Positions 47,323 through 58,721 are shown, counted from the stretch's first letter. The stretch: DNA of 64,000 bases from Candidatus Micrarchaeota archaeon (GCA_022627495.1 JAKEGJ010000004.1:622-64621), one strand, 5' to 3'. The notes: a model not told the origin generated them from the sequence alone. Program-made: numbers and translations.

Positions 47323-49701
47323 ATGGGCGGTCCCGCGCAGCGATACTTTGAATCCCTTCCCCCGGCTCAGGCCGAAATCGTGAATGGAATCCTCGACCGG
47401 CTTCCGCAGGCGCAGAGGCCTGATGCCTTGCGCGTCTGCCGGGCCATCATCGAGCGATGCGGCGAAAACGCCCCGGAAGCATTGCGGCGGTTTGCTAACA
47501 TCGCATCAAGCGAGCATTTCGCGCCATCCATGCTGGGCACCGTGTCGCTTATTGCTACCCGCGCCGGGTCGAATGTCGTTTCCACCCTCAACGCATTCGA
47601 GCGGCTTCTTTCATCCGACAAATTCAATCGCCATGTCCATGAGGCCGCCCGTCTGTCCGTGATACGAGCAGGCGCGGATTCGAACGAGGCGCTCCACGCG
47701 CTCTATTTCCTGATTGACAATCCGTCATTTACCTCCCGCGATATCGATATCTCGCTTCCGGACCGCTTCAGTGGCTTCCTCGATTCCGCTATACTCGCAG
47801 GGGGAGACCAGCCTTACATGGCCATTCGCGTAATGGGCCGCCTTTTCTGCAACCGGAACTTCGTCCCTGCAGACCTCTCATTGCCTTTCGCAGAATCGTT
47901 CGCGAGGCAAATAGGAATCATCCGGGCGGATGCCGGAGCAAACCGGCTCGAAGCTCTAGAAGCGTTCTCCGCCCTCATTTGTAACGGCTCGATAAGACCG
48001 CGTGAAATCACCGAAGCGGCAGCGCATTCAGTCGCAGCCCTGACGAACCTGGTAATTGAACGTACTGCCTCGTCCGTCAATGATGGCTCTAATGTATCTG
48101 AAGGCCCGATGCGGAACTTCTGCCTGATACTCGGCAGCAGTGTGTTCTCCCTGCCTATGATATCTGAATATGGCCTGCTTTCTGCGTTCCTCCAATTTGA
48201 ACTATTGTCCATGCCATCCGCCCTTGACATGTTCCACGAATTCATGAGGGCTGCGCGCAGGGCTCCTGGCGTGCTTGAGTTGGCCACGCAAAGGGCAGAA
48301 AAATCCTCCGGCTCAGTTGTTCACCCCGGAATACTCCATCTGCTCACTTCGATAGCCTCCAATGCGTCCCTTTCGCCCATGTTCGAAGACACAGCAAACG
48401 CTGGCAGGTTTCTTTCCAAAGTCTTATCATTCAAAGTTCATCTATTCGGCGCCTTAAGTGATGAACACCCCTCCATTATCCATGAAATGCCAGTGGTCTT
48501 TGTCCTGTCAGAACTGGCGCGCATTGAAAGTATCACGCCAAGGGAATGGAATAGGGCGCTTTCCTTTGCGGATTCGCTCGGGGACAATGCGGACGTCGGA
48601 CTCTACCTGCTCCAGCGCTACATGTCGGGCTCCCCGGGAAGGGAGTTTCCGAATGAGTCTTCATTATCCGGCTTGTCCGCCCTGGTCAGGCAGATTTCGG
48701 CTTTTGGCCCTGTAGAAGGAAGCCCAGCTTCATCATCGGATGTTGATTCAATCGGCAGGCTTAGCGCAATTGCCGGAACGGTTCTGGCATCAGTGAATTT
48801 TGATATGGGCATGCTAGAGCAAAGCGGGCTGATTCCTAACATCCGCAGGTTCGGAGAATGGGCGCGGTCCTATATCCAGAGCGTTCCCCAGGGCGAGCGG
48901 CAGTGGGCTATCAACGACCTTTCCAGGACGTTCCGTTCGATGCTCGCCAGCAGTGATTTGTCCGCGATGCTCCTCAACAACCCGGAGCGTTTCCAGGACG
49001 GGCAGAGGCTTGCCCGGCAATTGATTGGCGGATACGTCCCTCCTGAAATCTGCTTCAATTTCGCTTATGCCATTTCGACAATCGGTGTGGAGCGGACGAC
49101 CGCCCTTTATCGCCGCTTCGGAATCCGGCATTTCGCAAGATACTCTCCCGAAATACTCGGGCGGCTTTACGAACGCGCATCCGGGCGCTCGGCAAGGCCT
49201 GCAGTGCTTGCCATATACCCTGAAAACGACTACAATGGGGCCTTCTATTTCGAAGGGAGACGGCTCGATAGTCTGCTTTCAGATTTTGACGTCGTCATCT
49301 ACGAGCGGGATACGGAAGCTGGCTTCTTCTCCGCCGCAACGGATTTCTCCCGCTCATTCGGAAGGACAAGCACACTAATTGTGGCGGGCCATGGATCGCC
49401 CAACGGGATTCGGTTCGGAAAAGAAACAGATGCTGGCATGCTTGATTTGACCGATGCGCGCGAAATCACGGCTTTGAGATCGGTCCTCCTGCCGCATCCG
49501 ACAATCGTGCTCCAGGCGTGCTCGACCGGCAAGGACAGGCGGTCCATAAGCGGCCTGCTTTCACGGACGCTCGGAGGCGTTCTCTATGCCCCGAGGACCC
49601 CTGGCAACACATCCCACTTCCACATCTCAAGAGGTCGCGTAAGTGCCACATACAATGTCGATGTCGGCATATTCATTTTCGGCAGGGAAGCCGGGGAATG
49701 A
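47323..49701 (+). CDS. Large hypothetical protein with C-terminal caspase-hemoglobinase-like domain
   Basis: Helical N-terminal region; LIVAGHG...IVLQACSTG His-Cys dyad. Confidence 0.6.
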   Translation: MGGPAQRYFESLPPAQAEIVNGILDRLPQAQRPDALRVCRAIIERCGENAPEALRRFANIASSEHFAPSMLGTVSLIATRAGSNVVSTLNAFERLLSSDKFNRHVHEAARLSVIRAGADSNEALHALYFLIDNPSFTSRDIDISLPDRFSGFLDSAILAGGDQPYMAIRVMGRLFCNRNFVPADLSLPFAESFARQIGIIRADAGANRLEALEAFSALICNGSIRPREITEAAAHSVAALTNLVIERTASSVNDGSNVSEGPMRNFCLILGSSVFSLPMISEYGLLSAFLQFELLSMPSALDMFHEFMRAARRAPGVLELATQRAEKSSGSVVHPGILHLLTSIASNASLSPMFEDTANAGRFLSKVLSFKVHLFGALSDEHPSIIHEMPVVFVLSELARIESITPREWNRALSFADSLGDNADVGLYLLQRYMSGSPGREFPNESSLSGLSALVRQISAFGPVEGSPASSSDVDSIGRLSAIAGTVLASVNFDMGMLEQSGLIPNIRRFGEWARSYIQSVPQGERQWAINDLSRTFRSMLASSDLSAMLLNNPERFQDGQRLARQLIGGYVPPEICFNFAYAISTIGVERTTALYRRFGIRHFARYSPEILGRLYERASGRSARPAVLAIYPENDYNGAFYFEGRRLDSLLSDFDVVIYERDTEAGFFSAATDFSRSFGRTSTLIVAGHGSPNGIRFGKETDAGMLDLTDAREITALRSVLLPHPTIVLQACSTGKDRRSISGLLSRTLGGVLYAPRTPGNTSHFHISRGRVSATYNVDVGIFIFGREAGE

Positions 49702-49825
49702 TGCCGCATTCATGTCAGGATGCGTTTTAAATTGGAAATTGTTCCATTTGGAACATTTCTACTCTTTATTGTTACATTTTTTACATAATATTTAAATACG
49801 ATTTTTGTACATAAATATCACAATG

Positions 49826-50638
49826 ATTCAATTGTCTTCAGCTAAATTGCTGTCGGCGTCCCCTCCTAGTGCGGACGCCAATACCCGGGGCTGGGAAAGC
49901 GTCGCCCGCAAATGGACCAACGTCCAGTGGCCGCGCCGCCCGAAATGGGCGCGCGAGTTCGCGAGGGCCAAGCCGCTTTTCTCGAAAATGGAGGGCGAAG
50001 AGGCCCTGATACTAGGGGCCACGCCTGAGTTCCGCGCCTGGCTTCACAAATCCGGGGCGAAAGTGAGCGTCTATGAGAAATCTGAGGTTTCTTTTTCAGC
50101 AATGACCGACATCATGACCCGGCAGCTTAAGGTTAAGCCGCCGGAAAGCGAAATCGTCATCAAGAGGGACTGGGAAAGCGACGGCTGTGAGAAAGGGAAA
50201 TATCGCATTATTATGGGAGATATAGTTTCGGGCTACATGGAGACGCCCGAGCGCTACATGGCATTTTTGCTGAAAGTGCGCTCAATGCTTGCGGAAAACG
50301 GCGTTTTCCTTTTGAGAGAATTCCCATTCGAGCCTTTTTCAGGCGACCCCACCAGGATAAAGAATGTTGACCACCGCCGCTGGGCGTACATCCTGAAACC
50401 TGGTTTCGCGGTCGAAGGGCACACGTTCTACGAGGCGAAGCTGGCGCACAACCTTGCGAAACTGGGCGATTTGCAGGCCTTCGCGACCTGCGCGAATCCG
50501 CCAAGAACGCGCCTCATGCTCACCTACAACGAATACGAAAAAATGTTCTTCGAGGCAGGATATGATTCGCAGGTGCTCTCGGCGCCCGGGGTTTCCCCTC
50601 CGGGCCCGAGCCCTGCGCTCTGGGCATTGTGGAAATAA
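49826..50638 (+). CDS. Class I SAM-dependent methyltransferase-like protein
   Basis: LILGATPE, IIMGD, L..NGVF. Confidence 0.55.
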   Translation: MQLSSAKLLSASPPSADANTRGWESVARKWTNVQWPRRPKWAREFARAKPLFSKMEGEEALILGATPEFRAWLHKSGAKVSVYEKSEVSFSAMTDIMTRQLKVKPPESEIVIKRDWESDGCEKGKYRIIMGDIVSGYMETPERYMAFLLKVRSMLAENGVFLLREFPFEPFSGDPTRIKNVDHRRWAYILKPGFAVEGHTFYEAKLAHNLAKLGDLQAFATCANPPRTRLMLTYNEYEKMFFEAGYDSQVLSAPGVSPPGPSPALWALWK

Positions 50639-50640
50639 GC

Positions 50641-51192
50641 CTATTGCTCGCGGTGCCAGGTCCTTCCTGCTGCTCGGTTTCTCCGTTCTGAGCCCATCGG
50701 GAACAGCTCCTTTATGGGAAACGGGGTTATTTCGGGCGTGACAGCCCACTTCAGGCGCCATTTGTTGTCTTTTTCACCTTTCTCGTCTTTCGAGAGGCAT
50801 ACTGCGCCTCCCATATGGAACTGGATGGTTTCCTGTTCTGGGTTTCCGGTTATGAGCAACGATGCGAGCTTGCTCAGATGCGGCATATGCCCTACTAGCG
50901 CCACCGGCTCGCGTGCGCTTTCCAGGAATGTCTTAGCAACAAGCGGGTTGTCGTTCGGCTTCAGGCCGAGCATCTCCCGCACTTCCGAGGGCCCGAAGTG
51001 CTTTGCGAATATCTCCGCGGTCTGCTGCGCCCTAAGTTTGCCCGAGTGCATGATGTGCTTTGCCCGGATTCCGACCTTTCCAAGGGCTTCGGCCACCCTT
51101 TCCGCCTCTTCTTTGCCCTTGTCGGAGAGCGGCCGCTCCGGGTCTTCCTCCTCTGGTTTAGCGTCTGCGTGTTGAATCAGGTAAAACTCCAT
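50641..51192 (-). CDS. sixA: Phosphohistidine phosphatase SixA
   Basis: YLIQHADA..ERPLS..G; HSGKLRAQQTA; LVGHMP. Confidence 0.9.
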   Translation of the reverse strand: MEFYLIQHADAKPEEEDPERPLSDKGKEEAERVAEALGKVGIRAKHIMHSGKLRAQQTAEIFAKHFGPSEVREMLGLKPNDNPLVAKTFLESAREPVALVGHMPHLSKLASLLITGNPEQETIQFHMGGAVCLSKDEKGEKDNKWRLKWAVTPEITPFPIKELFPMGSERRNRAAGRTWHREQ

Positions 51193-51286
51193 ATGAGACC
51201 AATAGACGGCAAGATTAATCTGGCTTGCGCTGTGCCTGATATGAAAAAACCCAAATGCCGCGGCATTTCCGCGGCATCGGGCGCCT

Positions 51287-51541
51287 TCAGTAGAACGCTA
51301 TCTTCAGGCGGTTCAGCAGGATTACCAGCACCAGGCCGAGCAGTCCGCCGATAACCACTATCAATACGGTTATCAGGTTTATCGGTATGCCCAGCTTGAG
51401 AATCATGTTCAGCAGGAACAGCAGGAGTATAGCTATGATTGCGTTGATTAGCAGCGCCATCGGATTTCCGACGACCATGTACAGCAAGACCAGCAGAATC
51501 AACGCCAGCAATACTGTTCCCAGTTCAATAGTTTTAGCCAT
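51287..51541 (-). CDS. BofA-like (pro-sigmaK processing inhibitor family) small membrane protein
   Basis: LLINAI..L..LN..IPINLIT..GG..G pattern. Confidence 0.65.
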   Translation of the reverse strand: MAKTIELGTVLLALILLVLLYMVVGNPMALLINAIIAILLLFLLNMILKLGIPINLITVLIVVIGGLLGLVLVILLNRLKIAFY

Positions 51542-51704
51542 GGGCAAAACCCCCGGGCAAACTATAAAAGGCTGCCTTAAACCTGGCTAACGCTGATCCG
51601 TTTCAAGAAGAAGGAAAAGATATGCGCCAGAATGTGAGGATAGTGACGGCAAGAATAAGAGATAAACCTCTGGAATGTCATATGTTCCCCCCATGATTTT
51701 TAAG

Positions 51705-54640
51705 GTCATGAGGATTAGACCGTTAGTAACCGCAGGCTGAACAGCTCGGTTTCCCTAGCTGCGTACACCTCGGTCCTATCAAGCGGATCTGCTATCCGCG
51801 GTATATGCCCCCTCGTTTTAAGAGCTACTTCGACCTTAGATGCTTTCAGGTCTTATTAGCCTGGCGCGTGGCTGCCCGGCGGTGCAATTCACAACCGGTC
51901 CACTAGAGGCGCCGAATCCCCGTTCCTCTCGTACTCAAGGATCCTTGCTCTCAAGGGGCAACACTCCCAGGAGATACTACCGTACTGTCTCGCGACGTAC
52001 TGAACCCAGCTCATGTGGGATTTTAATGGATGAACAACCCAACCCTTGGCCGCTCCTACACGGCCAGGATATCCCAAGCCGACAGCGATGTACCAAACCG
52101 CGGGGTCGATATGTACGCGAGTAGTTCGCGTTATTTGTGAAACGACAGAACTACATCGCAGTGTACTCTCACCCGCGACGAGCCTGTTACCTCCAGGGTA
52201 GCTTGTCTGACAGCTTGAATCCTCATCAAAGGGATTTCAAGGTTCGTTATACCCGACTTTCGTCTCTGCATTCTACGCTTTTAAGAATACAGTCAGCCCA
52301 GCATTTGTTATTAACCCTCTACTTCCGATTTCTGACCGGAATGAGCTGAGCATTGGGCGCCCTTGTTTCCTTATCGAGGGCGTACCGCCCCAGCCAAACT
52401 ATCCACCTGACGCTGTTCTCTTGCGAGTAAGCAATACAAAATCTACATAGTGGTGTAACACTTTCGCCTATACGTACCCCGGGAGGCACGTCATAACGGC
52501 TCCCACTTACGCTTGGAAGCAAACTTCGTATCACAACATCAGGCTATAGTAAAGCTCCATGGAGTCTTCGTTTCCCTCTGGGAGATGCCGGCGTCTTCAC
52601 CGGCAGGTGATTTCACTAGGTCCTAAGTAGGGACAGTGGAAGTGTCGTTACGTCATTCATGCAAGCCGCCAATTAAGCGGCGAGGTATTACGCTACCTTA
52701 AGAGGGTCAGAGTTACCCCCGCTCTTTACCAGCCCTTCCCCCGGTTGAACCCGGTTTTCAGGTACTAGCAGTGAGCAGACGTCAACCAGCATACTCACCG
52801 TTTCCGGTCTGCGCTGATCTGTGTTTTTGGTAAACAGTCGCACTTCCCTTGTTACTGAGACCACAGCATTACTCATGCTATGGCACCCCTTCTTCCTAAG
52901 TTACAGGGCTAACTTGCCGAGTTCCCTTACCTAGGTTGTCCTACCACACCTTAGCCTTTTCAGCTATGGCACCTGTACTAGTTCTGGGTACGATTATAGA
53001 GGGTCGTTCCACTCTCCTTTTCATGGGCCCCTGGACTCAATCGAGTTGCCCCTACGGGTTTTATCCGCTTCTCCTCACAATGAGACTCCGCAGATTTACT
53101 CCCTTCAGACGTCCGCAGACGTTCGACTTATCCAAACGCGTCAGAGAAATGGCTCGCCTTTCGGCAGCCTACCTCTATAGGACCGGAATATTAACCGGTT
53201 TCCCTAATTTCGGATTTCAGGATTTACCATCATCCTTAGGATCGCCTAACCCTCAGCTGAAGAACGTGGCTGAGGAATCCTTGCCATTTAAGGTGTCCGG
53301 AATTCTCGTCCGGATACGCTGCTACTTACATCAGGATATTCATAACAGGCCGCTCCATAAGACGTCACCGCCTTACTTCCAGGCAACCCGTTCGCCCCCT
53401 TACTCACGTGCTTTTGGCACTGGTGAGGTATCGGAAGCTGGCTTAGCCCCGTGAATTTTAAGAGTCTGCACTCATAGACCGGTCCGCTATTACGCGTTGT
53501 TTGAAGGATGGCTGCTTCTAAGCCTACCTCCCGGTTGTTTTCGAATAGAGACTCCTTTCAGATTAACACTTAGCCAGCATTTAGGGCCCTTAACCTCACG
53601 TACGGTCGTTCCCGTAAGGGACGTCAGACTTACTCCGGCGCCCCGACTGCCTCCTTCTACACGGACGTAGCATTCGGAGTTTGAGAGGATGGCGACACCT
53701 TTCGATGCCAATCCACCCAATCGGTGCTCTACCGCTACGTCTCGCTCCAGAGACGCTGTCCTGAGGGACATTTCAGAGGGAACCCGCTATCGCCGAGTTC
53801 GACAGGACTATCACCCCTACACCCAGGTCACCTAAGGGGAATATACCACCAATAGTTGCGGGCCTCCATCATTCGTCAGAATGACTTCACCCTGCCCAGG
53901 CGTAGATCACTTCGGCTTCGGGTCTACCCAGAGTGACTGATCGCGAATTACCACGACATCCCTCGCACCTTGCGGTGTTGCGGATTCTCGCTTTCGCTTC
54001 GACTCTCGTCTCGCCACGCCAAATAACTCCCTGACTCTTGCTTCGAGAAGAAAGACTAGACACTGCTAATACATGTCGGTTCCCAAGTTGCCCAGGGAAC
54101 CTTCCACATACTTAAGCTTCCATGCCATAGTCATTCTGTAACCACATAGTTTCAGGTTCTTTTCACACTGCTCCCGCAGTGCTTTTCAGCATTCGCTCGC
54201 GCTACTGATTCGCTATCGGTCTTGCGCCTCATATTTAGATTTGGAGGTTGATACCCCCATGTTCATGTCCGCTATCCGGCGGGCACTACTCTTCACGGAT
54301 CGTTCCTTTTTCCTTTGCCTACGAGACTGTTACTCGCTATGGTACCGCATTCCATCGGACTTCGGCTCGGTTAAAGGATACTCCCCACCACATCTGCCGC
54401 CCTGTTACCAGGACGGAATTCGGTTTGATCTGACCGGCTTTCTCTCGCTGATACTAACCGGATCTCGTTGATTTCTTTTCCACCCTCTACTAAGATGCTT
54501 CATTTCGAGGGGTTGCTGCGCATTACTGCGCACACTCAAACCTCCGGATCAAAGACTGCGTGCGTCTACCCGGAGCGTTTCGCCGCTTGCCGCGTGAGTT
54601 TGCGGGCACAAGCCAAGCCATCCACTAAGTGGCGTGTAGC
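51705..54640 (-). rRNA. rrl: 23S ribosomal RNA (archaeal), contains an intron; ends approximate
   Basis: Sarcin-ricin loop AGTACGAGAGGAAC, peptidyl-transferase-centre segments, 5' GTGGATGGCTTGGCT. Confidence 0.97.
52111..52160 (-). other. 50-nt bulge-helix-bulge intron in 23S rRNA (helix 89)
   Basis: Central GUAC/GUAC helix with 3-nt bulges ACU and AUA; splicing restores GAGAGUACACAUCGAC. Confidence 0.85.
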
Positions 54641-55040
54641 AACATATGACTTTATTGAAATCATGCTTAGTCGGCCTTCCCTTGCGGAAAGGCGTATAAA
54701 CAACGATCTCTCAGAGATTTTATCTCCTTTCTTGCCGTCACTTCACACTCATTTGTTTTTTCCCGTTTGCCAGGCCCTTGCGGGCTCGGCGCGTGAAAAG
54801 AACTGCGATAGACGTGGTCCGGGCCTTCCCAAGAGTTAGGGATGGTATATGCTAGGCATTTCTGCTTGCATATTACGGGCGCATGTCAGTCAATTTCCCC
54901 GCAGTTGCGGGGAGACGCATGCCATATTTTTTAACACGCTCGACCGCCTTTCGGCGATCTCGCACGTTGTCGTTTTGGAGCCCACAAGGAGCTACCTGAC
55001 AAATAGGCTTCTATATTGGAGATAGCAACTGTTTATAAAG
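54641..55040 (-). promoter_or_regulatory. Pre-23S leader and promoter
   Basis: TTTATAAA at ~55032-55039, several GC hairpins; CATGATTT..GTCAT (54646-54665) complementary to the 3' flank (51692-51709). Confidence 0.6.
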
Positions 55041-55191
55041 CTATTCCCGTTCCGACGTAGGACTACCGTACGCTTCATCAATTGGGATACGATTGAACAC
55101 CTTTTCAATAAATGAGTCGCTCATCTTCACAAATCTCGTCTTTAAAAATGTTTTATACTTCTCTATTCGGAATGAAGTTCTAAATACGCTA

Positions 55192-56290
55192 ATAGCTTAG
55201 GACAAAATTAAATATACTTTTAAGAATCCATCGCCTCAAATAGAATTGAGGTGAACACATGGGTTGGAACCTGCCAAAAGGAGAAGACTTTCTCCCAACT
55301 ATCTCTTTGAGGGCGTTGAGAAGCTTGTATGACGAGGAAAAGTCATACAAGGCGAAAAGCCGCCTACTTGTCGCTCTCAAAAGAAAAGAGGGGGAATCCA
55401 TGGATTCCATTGCAAGTCAGCTTGAAATGAAGCGGATAACCGTGAATATTACCCTCCATCGTTTTCAGGAAAGGGGCATTCCTGCAAAAGACGATGAGAA
55501 ACGAAGCGGCAGACCAAAAGAATTGACCGGAGATCAGCTCAAAATCCTAAGAAAAGAATTGCTGAAGGGACCAAGAAAGAGGCAGAATCCCCTTTGGACA
55601 ACAAAGATGGTCATGAACCATGTGGAAAAGAGATACGGCAAGAAATATACGGCCAGGCACATGCGCAGGCTTCTTCACCTGCTTGGATTTTCTGTCCAGA
55701 AGCCAAGGCCCAGACATTACAAGACGGACATTGCCAAGCAGGAGCATTTTAAAAAAACGTCAGGAAAACCCTCGGGAAATATCGAAAACGGGGCTTCTCA
55801 ATATTTTGTCTGGACGAGAGCCTCATCACCATAAGGCCATTCCTGGCACGCGGCTGGGCTTTGAGAGGAAGCAAGCCGGTTGCGATAATCAGGCATACTC
55901 GTGACTACTTTTACGTGATGCTGGCAAGATCAAGAAGGAAAATTTATGCAGCGTTCTACAACACCGTGAATCAGAACAAAATAATCCGCTTTCTCAAAGG
56001 CTTGCTGAAGCATCACCCAAGACTGGCGGTGCTTTTGGATAGTGGACCTGGGCACAAAGGCCCGCTCCTCAGGGCATTCTTGAGAAGGAATGGAAAATGC
56101 CTCAGGCTCATCTATTCCCCAACGCACAGCCCAGAGTTGAATCCCGTTGAGCAGTGCAACAAGGAAATCAAGAAGCCATTACACAACAGGTATTTCAGAA
56201 CCGTGCCTGCCATGCGACAGGCAGTTCATACGTTCATAAAGCGTGACCTTCTGATGCCCAAAATGTTTACATACTTATGTCCCTAGCTAT
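55192..56290 (+). mobile_element. IS630-family insertion sequence
   Basis: Imperfect TIRs (ATAGCTTAGGACA / ATAGCTAGGGACA) flanked by TA on both sides. Confidence 0.88.
55259..56286 (+). CDS. IS630 transposase, two ORFs joined by a -1 frameshift
   Basis: HTH ORF (SGRP, WT) + DDE ORF (LDES, LDSG, SPELNPVE); slippery TTTTAAAAAAA at ~55747-55757. Confidence 0.88.
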
Positions 56291-56773
56291 TACTCCGAGG
56301 CATTGCTTACAAACAGTCAGGTTCAATCTTTCATATTTCGTAAAAGTGGCGTGATTGTCTATGAACGTGTACCTGATTGTGTCTGTTAAAACCCGATCCG
56401 GCCATTTAGAGGTAGTGAATGTGACCGTCGTATAATCCCTCTTGGGGACATAAACAACATCATCGTAATCGAAAGGGTAATCCCCGCCATAGTTCTTTAC
56501 GATGTACTTGAAATAAACCCTGACGGTAAGCGGGTAGTTATAATTATTGAAAACTTTGTAGCTTATAGTCAAGGCTCCCTTATCGACATTGAAATCCCTA
56601 ATGTCAATTTGACTTGTAATGAATTTTCCTGTTTCGTTTGAATATACGTTTTGAACCTCATCATCAGACAAGATTTGTTCCGTATACTGGCATGTTAGGT
56701 TTTCCGCATAAACCGTTGTGAAAATCAGTGCAAAAAGGAGAAAATGAAACTTTATTGTTTTCAACTTCGCCAT
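56291..56773 (-). pseudogene. Secreted hypothetical protein truncated by IS630
   Basis: Signal peptide, low GC; ORF runs into the IS right end. Confidence 0.5.
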
Positions 56774-57039
56774 TGAATCGTAAATGCATGGGCGGTTAAT
56801 CATATAAATATGGCGTGCCCCTCGGATAACCTCGGATTATCATTTCCATCCAAGACTAGTCCCGGCCATCACTTCCTCTCAAGGATGAAAAAGTAATGGG
56901 ACTCATCCCCGACAAGCATTTCTCCCTAATTTTCCTGAATTTTTTCTCCATCAACGCCCTGACCATTTTCAATGAAAAAACGCCCCGTCCAATCCCCCAG
57001 AAATGTTAGCCCCAAAGGATGGTCTATTCTGATGCTAGA

Positions 57040-57723
57040 CTAGTAATCCAGCAGCGTCCCCTTCGTCGTTTTCTTCTCTAAAAGGTCCTTGGAGTCGTTC
57101 CTGGCCGAGTTGACCTTGGGCGAAACCTCGTACATGTCCATCTCATCAGCCGGATACGGGCTGAGGAACGCTTTAACTTCGCCAGGGTCGGCTTTGAGAT
57201 AGTCCTTCTCCGTGCCCCTATCCAGTATCACCGGCATGCGGTTGTGGATGCGGGCAATCTGGTTGTTCGCTTCAGTCGTAATCATGCAGCAGGTGCGGGC
57301 CGGAGCCTCCTCCGGGTCTTTCATCTCATCCCCTTCCTTGGGCACTGCGTAAATGCCTGCGAATGCGAACACGCCGCTGTTTTTCAGGAAAATCCGGTAT
57401 GGCGTCTTCTTCGGATGCGCCCACTCATAGAACGAGTCGGCAAGCATCAGACAGCGTCGTAATTCGAAATCCTTCCGGAATGACGATTTCTTATCAACGG
57501 ATTCCGCCCGCGCGTTGAAAAGAGGATGCCGCGCACCGCTCCAGTTGGCCGGCATGCCCCATTTAGCGAAGGAAAGCGTATCCGGGGCGTCGTTGAACAC
57601 CACCGGCACCTCCTGCGTGGGCGCGATGTTGTAGCGCGGCTTCAGCTTCGGCACCTCTTTTAGGCCGAAGCGTGCGGCTATCGCTTTCGAATCAGTCATG
57701 GCAAGCGCATATCTTAGGCACAT
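57040..57723 (-). CDS. SOS response-associated peptidase (SRAP/HMCES)
   Basis: N-terminal MC.RY, RYNIAP, NARAE, FYEW, IHNRMPVIL. Confidence 0.93.
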   Translation of the reverse strand: MCLRYALAMTDSKAIAARFGLKEVPKLKPRYNIAPTQEVPVVFNDAPDTLSFAKWGMPANWSGARHPLFNARAESVDKKSSFRKDFELRRCLMLADSFYEWAHPKKTPYRIFLKNSGVFAFAGIYAVPKEGDEMKDPEEAPARTCCMITTEANNQIARIHNRMPVILDRGTEKDYLKADPGEVKAFLSPYPADEMDMYEVSPKVNSARNDSKDLLEKKTTKGTLLDY

Positions 57724-57728
57724 AGAAT

Positions 57729-58703
57729 CTAACTCGGTAGTTTGTCCGTCCCCCGAAGGTGGAAGGCGATGTTGAAACCTACGAATTCATTGGAGAACCT
57801 GTCCTCATAGACCGGGAACCGCTTCAAAAAATCCTGCAAATCAATGTATTCCTTAATCAGAACGTCCGCCTTATCAGTGCGAGTGAATTCGAAGCCTGTG
57901 ACCGAGGCTCCGATGTCCGCGGAATTGATAACCGCATTGGCGAACCCATCCACGATGCGGGGGTCCTTGACATCATATCTCTTGTCGAAGCCGGTTCCGT
58001 CGAACCGCTCAAGCCTGAACCTCACGTTCATGTCCTTTTTGATTTTCACCTTCTCCGCAGGGTCAGTGACGAGTTTGCCGTTCACTATGACCTCCCCGTC
58101 GGTTTTCTCCACCTCGTCCATCAATTTCCGCATGTCTTCGAAATCTGCGCCGCTCCTTGATTGGGAGCCCATCCGTGTCTCCACCCTGATTCCAATTGCG
58201 CTAAGTATGCTGGAGAGGAATCCTTTCTTCTGGGGGCCCACGTAGGTCGTCGTGCTTTGGGTGCTCCGATAAACCGAATTGTCCGTGACCTCGAGCTCCG
58301 AGGACGCGTTGGCGCTTCCGAATGGGGAATTCATGGACAGGCTGGACCGTTTGTCCGCGATGCCCTGCTCAATCAGCTCATCCAGCATGAGCATCGAGAA
58401 CCTGAAGAGGTCCGCTCCCCCAAGCCGCTGTGCCACTGCCTTCTCATCCGCCGGCTTATCGTCCGGAAGGGCCGTATCAAGCACGAACCGCTCGAACCGG
58501 AGGAGTGCGGGCTTTCCCACACGGACGAACTTCCGATGCGGGACAAGCTGGACATGGCCGGCAACCACAAGCTGCACGAAAGTAGCGAATATTTCCTTAT
58601 AATCGACCTTATTATCGACAATCAGGCCTGCGATGGCTGGTTTTAGCACTTTGCTTTTTTCCGCCATCTTCTTCCTGATTCTGGCGATATCCCCCTCAAT
58701 CAT
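57729..58703 (-). CDS. Hypothetical protein with DUF2207-like segment
   Basis: PAIAGLIVD..EIFATFVQLVVAGHV pattern. Confidence 0.45.
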   Translation of the reverse strand: MIEGDIARIRKKMAEKSKVLKPAIAGLIVDNKVDYKEIFATFVQLVVAGHVQLVPHRKFVRVGKPALLRFERFVLDTALPDDKPADEKAVAQRLGGADLFRFSMLMLDELIEQGIADKRSSLSMNSPFGSANASSELEVTDNSVYRSTQSTTTYVGPQKKGFLSSILSAIGIRVETRMGSQSRSGADFEDMRKLMDEVEKTDGEVIVNGKLVTDPAEKVKIKKDMNVRFRLERFDGTGFDKRYDVKDPRIVDGFANAVINSADIGASVTGFEFTRTDKADVLIKEYIDLQDFLKRFPVYEDRFSNEFVGFNIAFHLRGTDKLPS

Positions 58704-58721
58704 GGCTAATACCTCTCGTTT

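Noticed and set aside
54060-54125. Second possible 23S insertion
   Set aside because: Falls in a variable expansion region and no BHB motif is evident
51840-54839. ORFs inside the 23S rRNA, including a possible homing endonuclease
   Set aside because: They are translations of rRNA sequence; the only clear intron is 50 nt with no ORF
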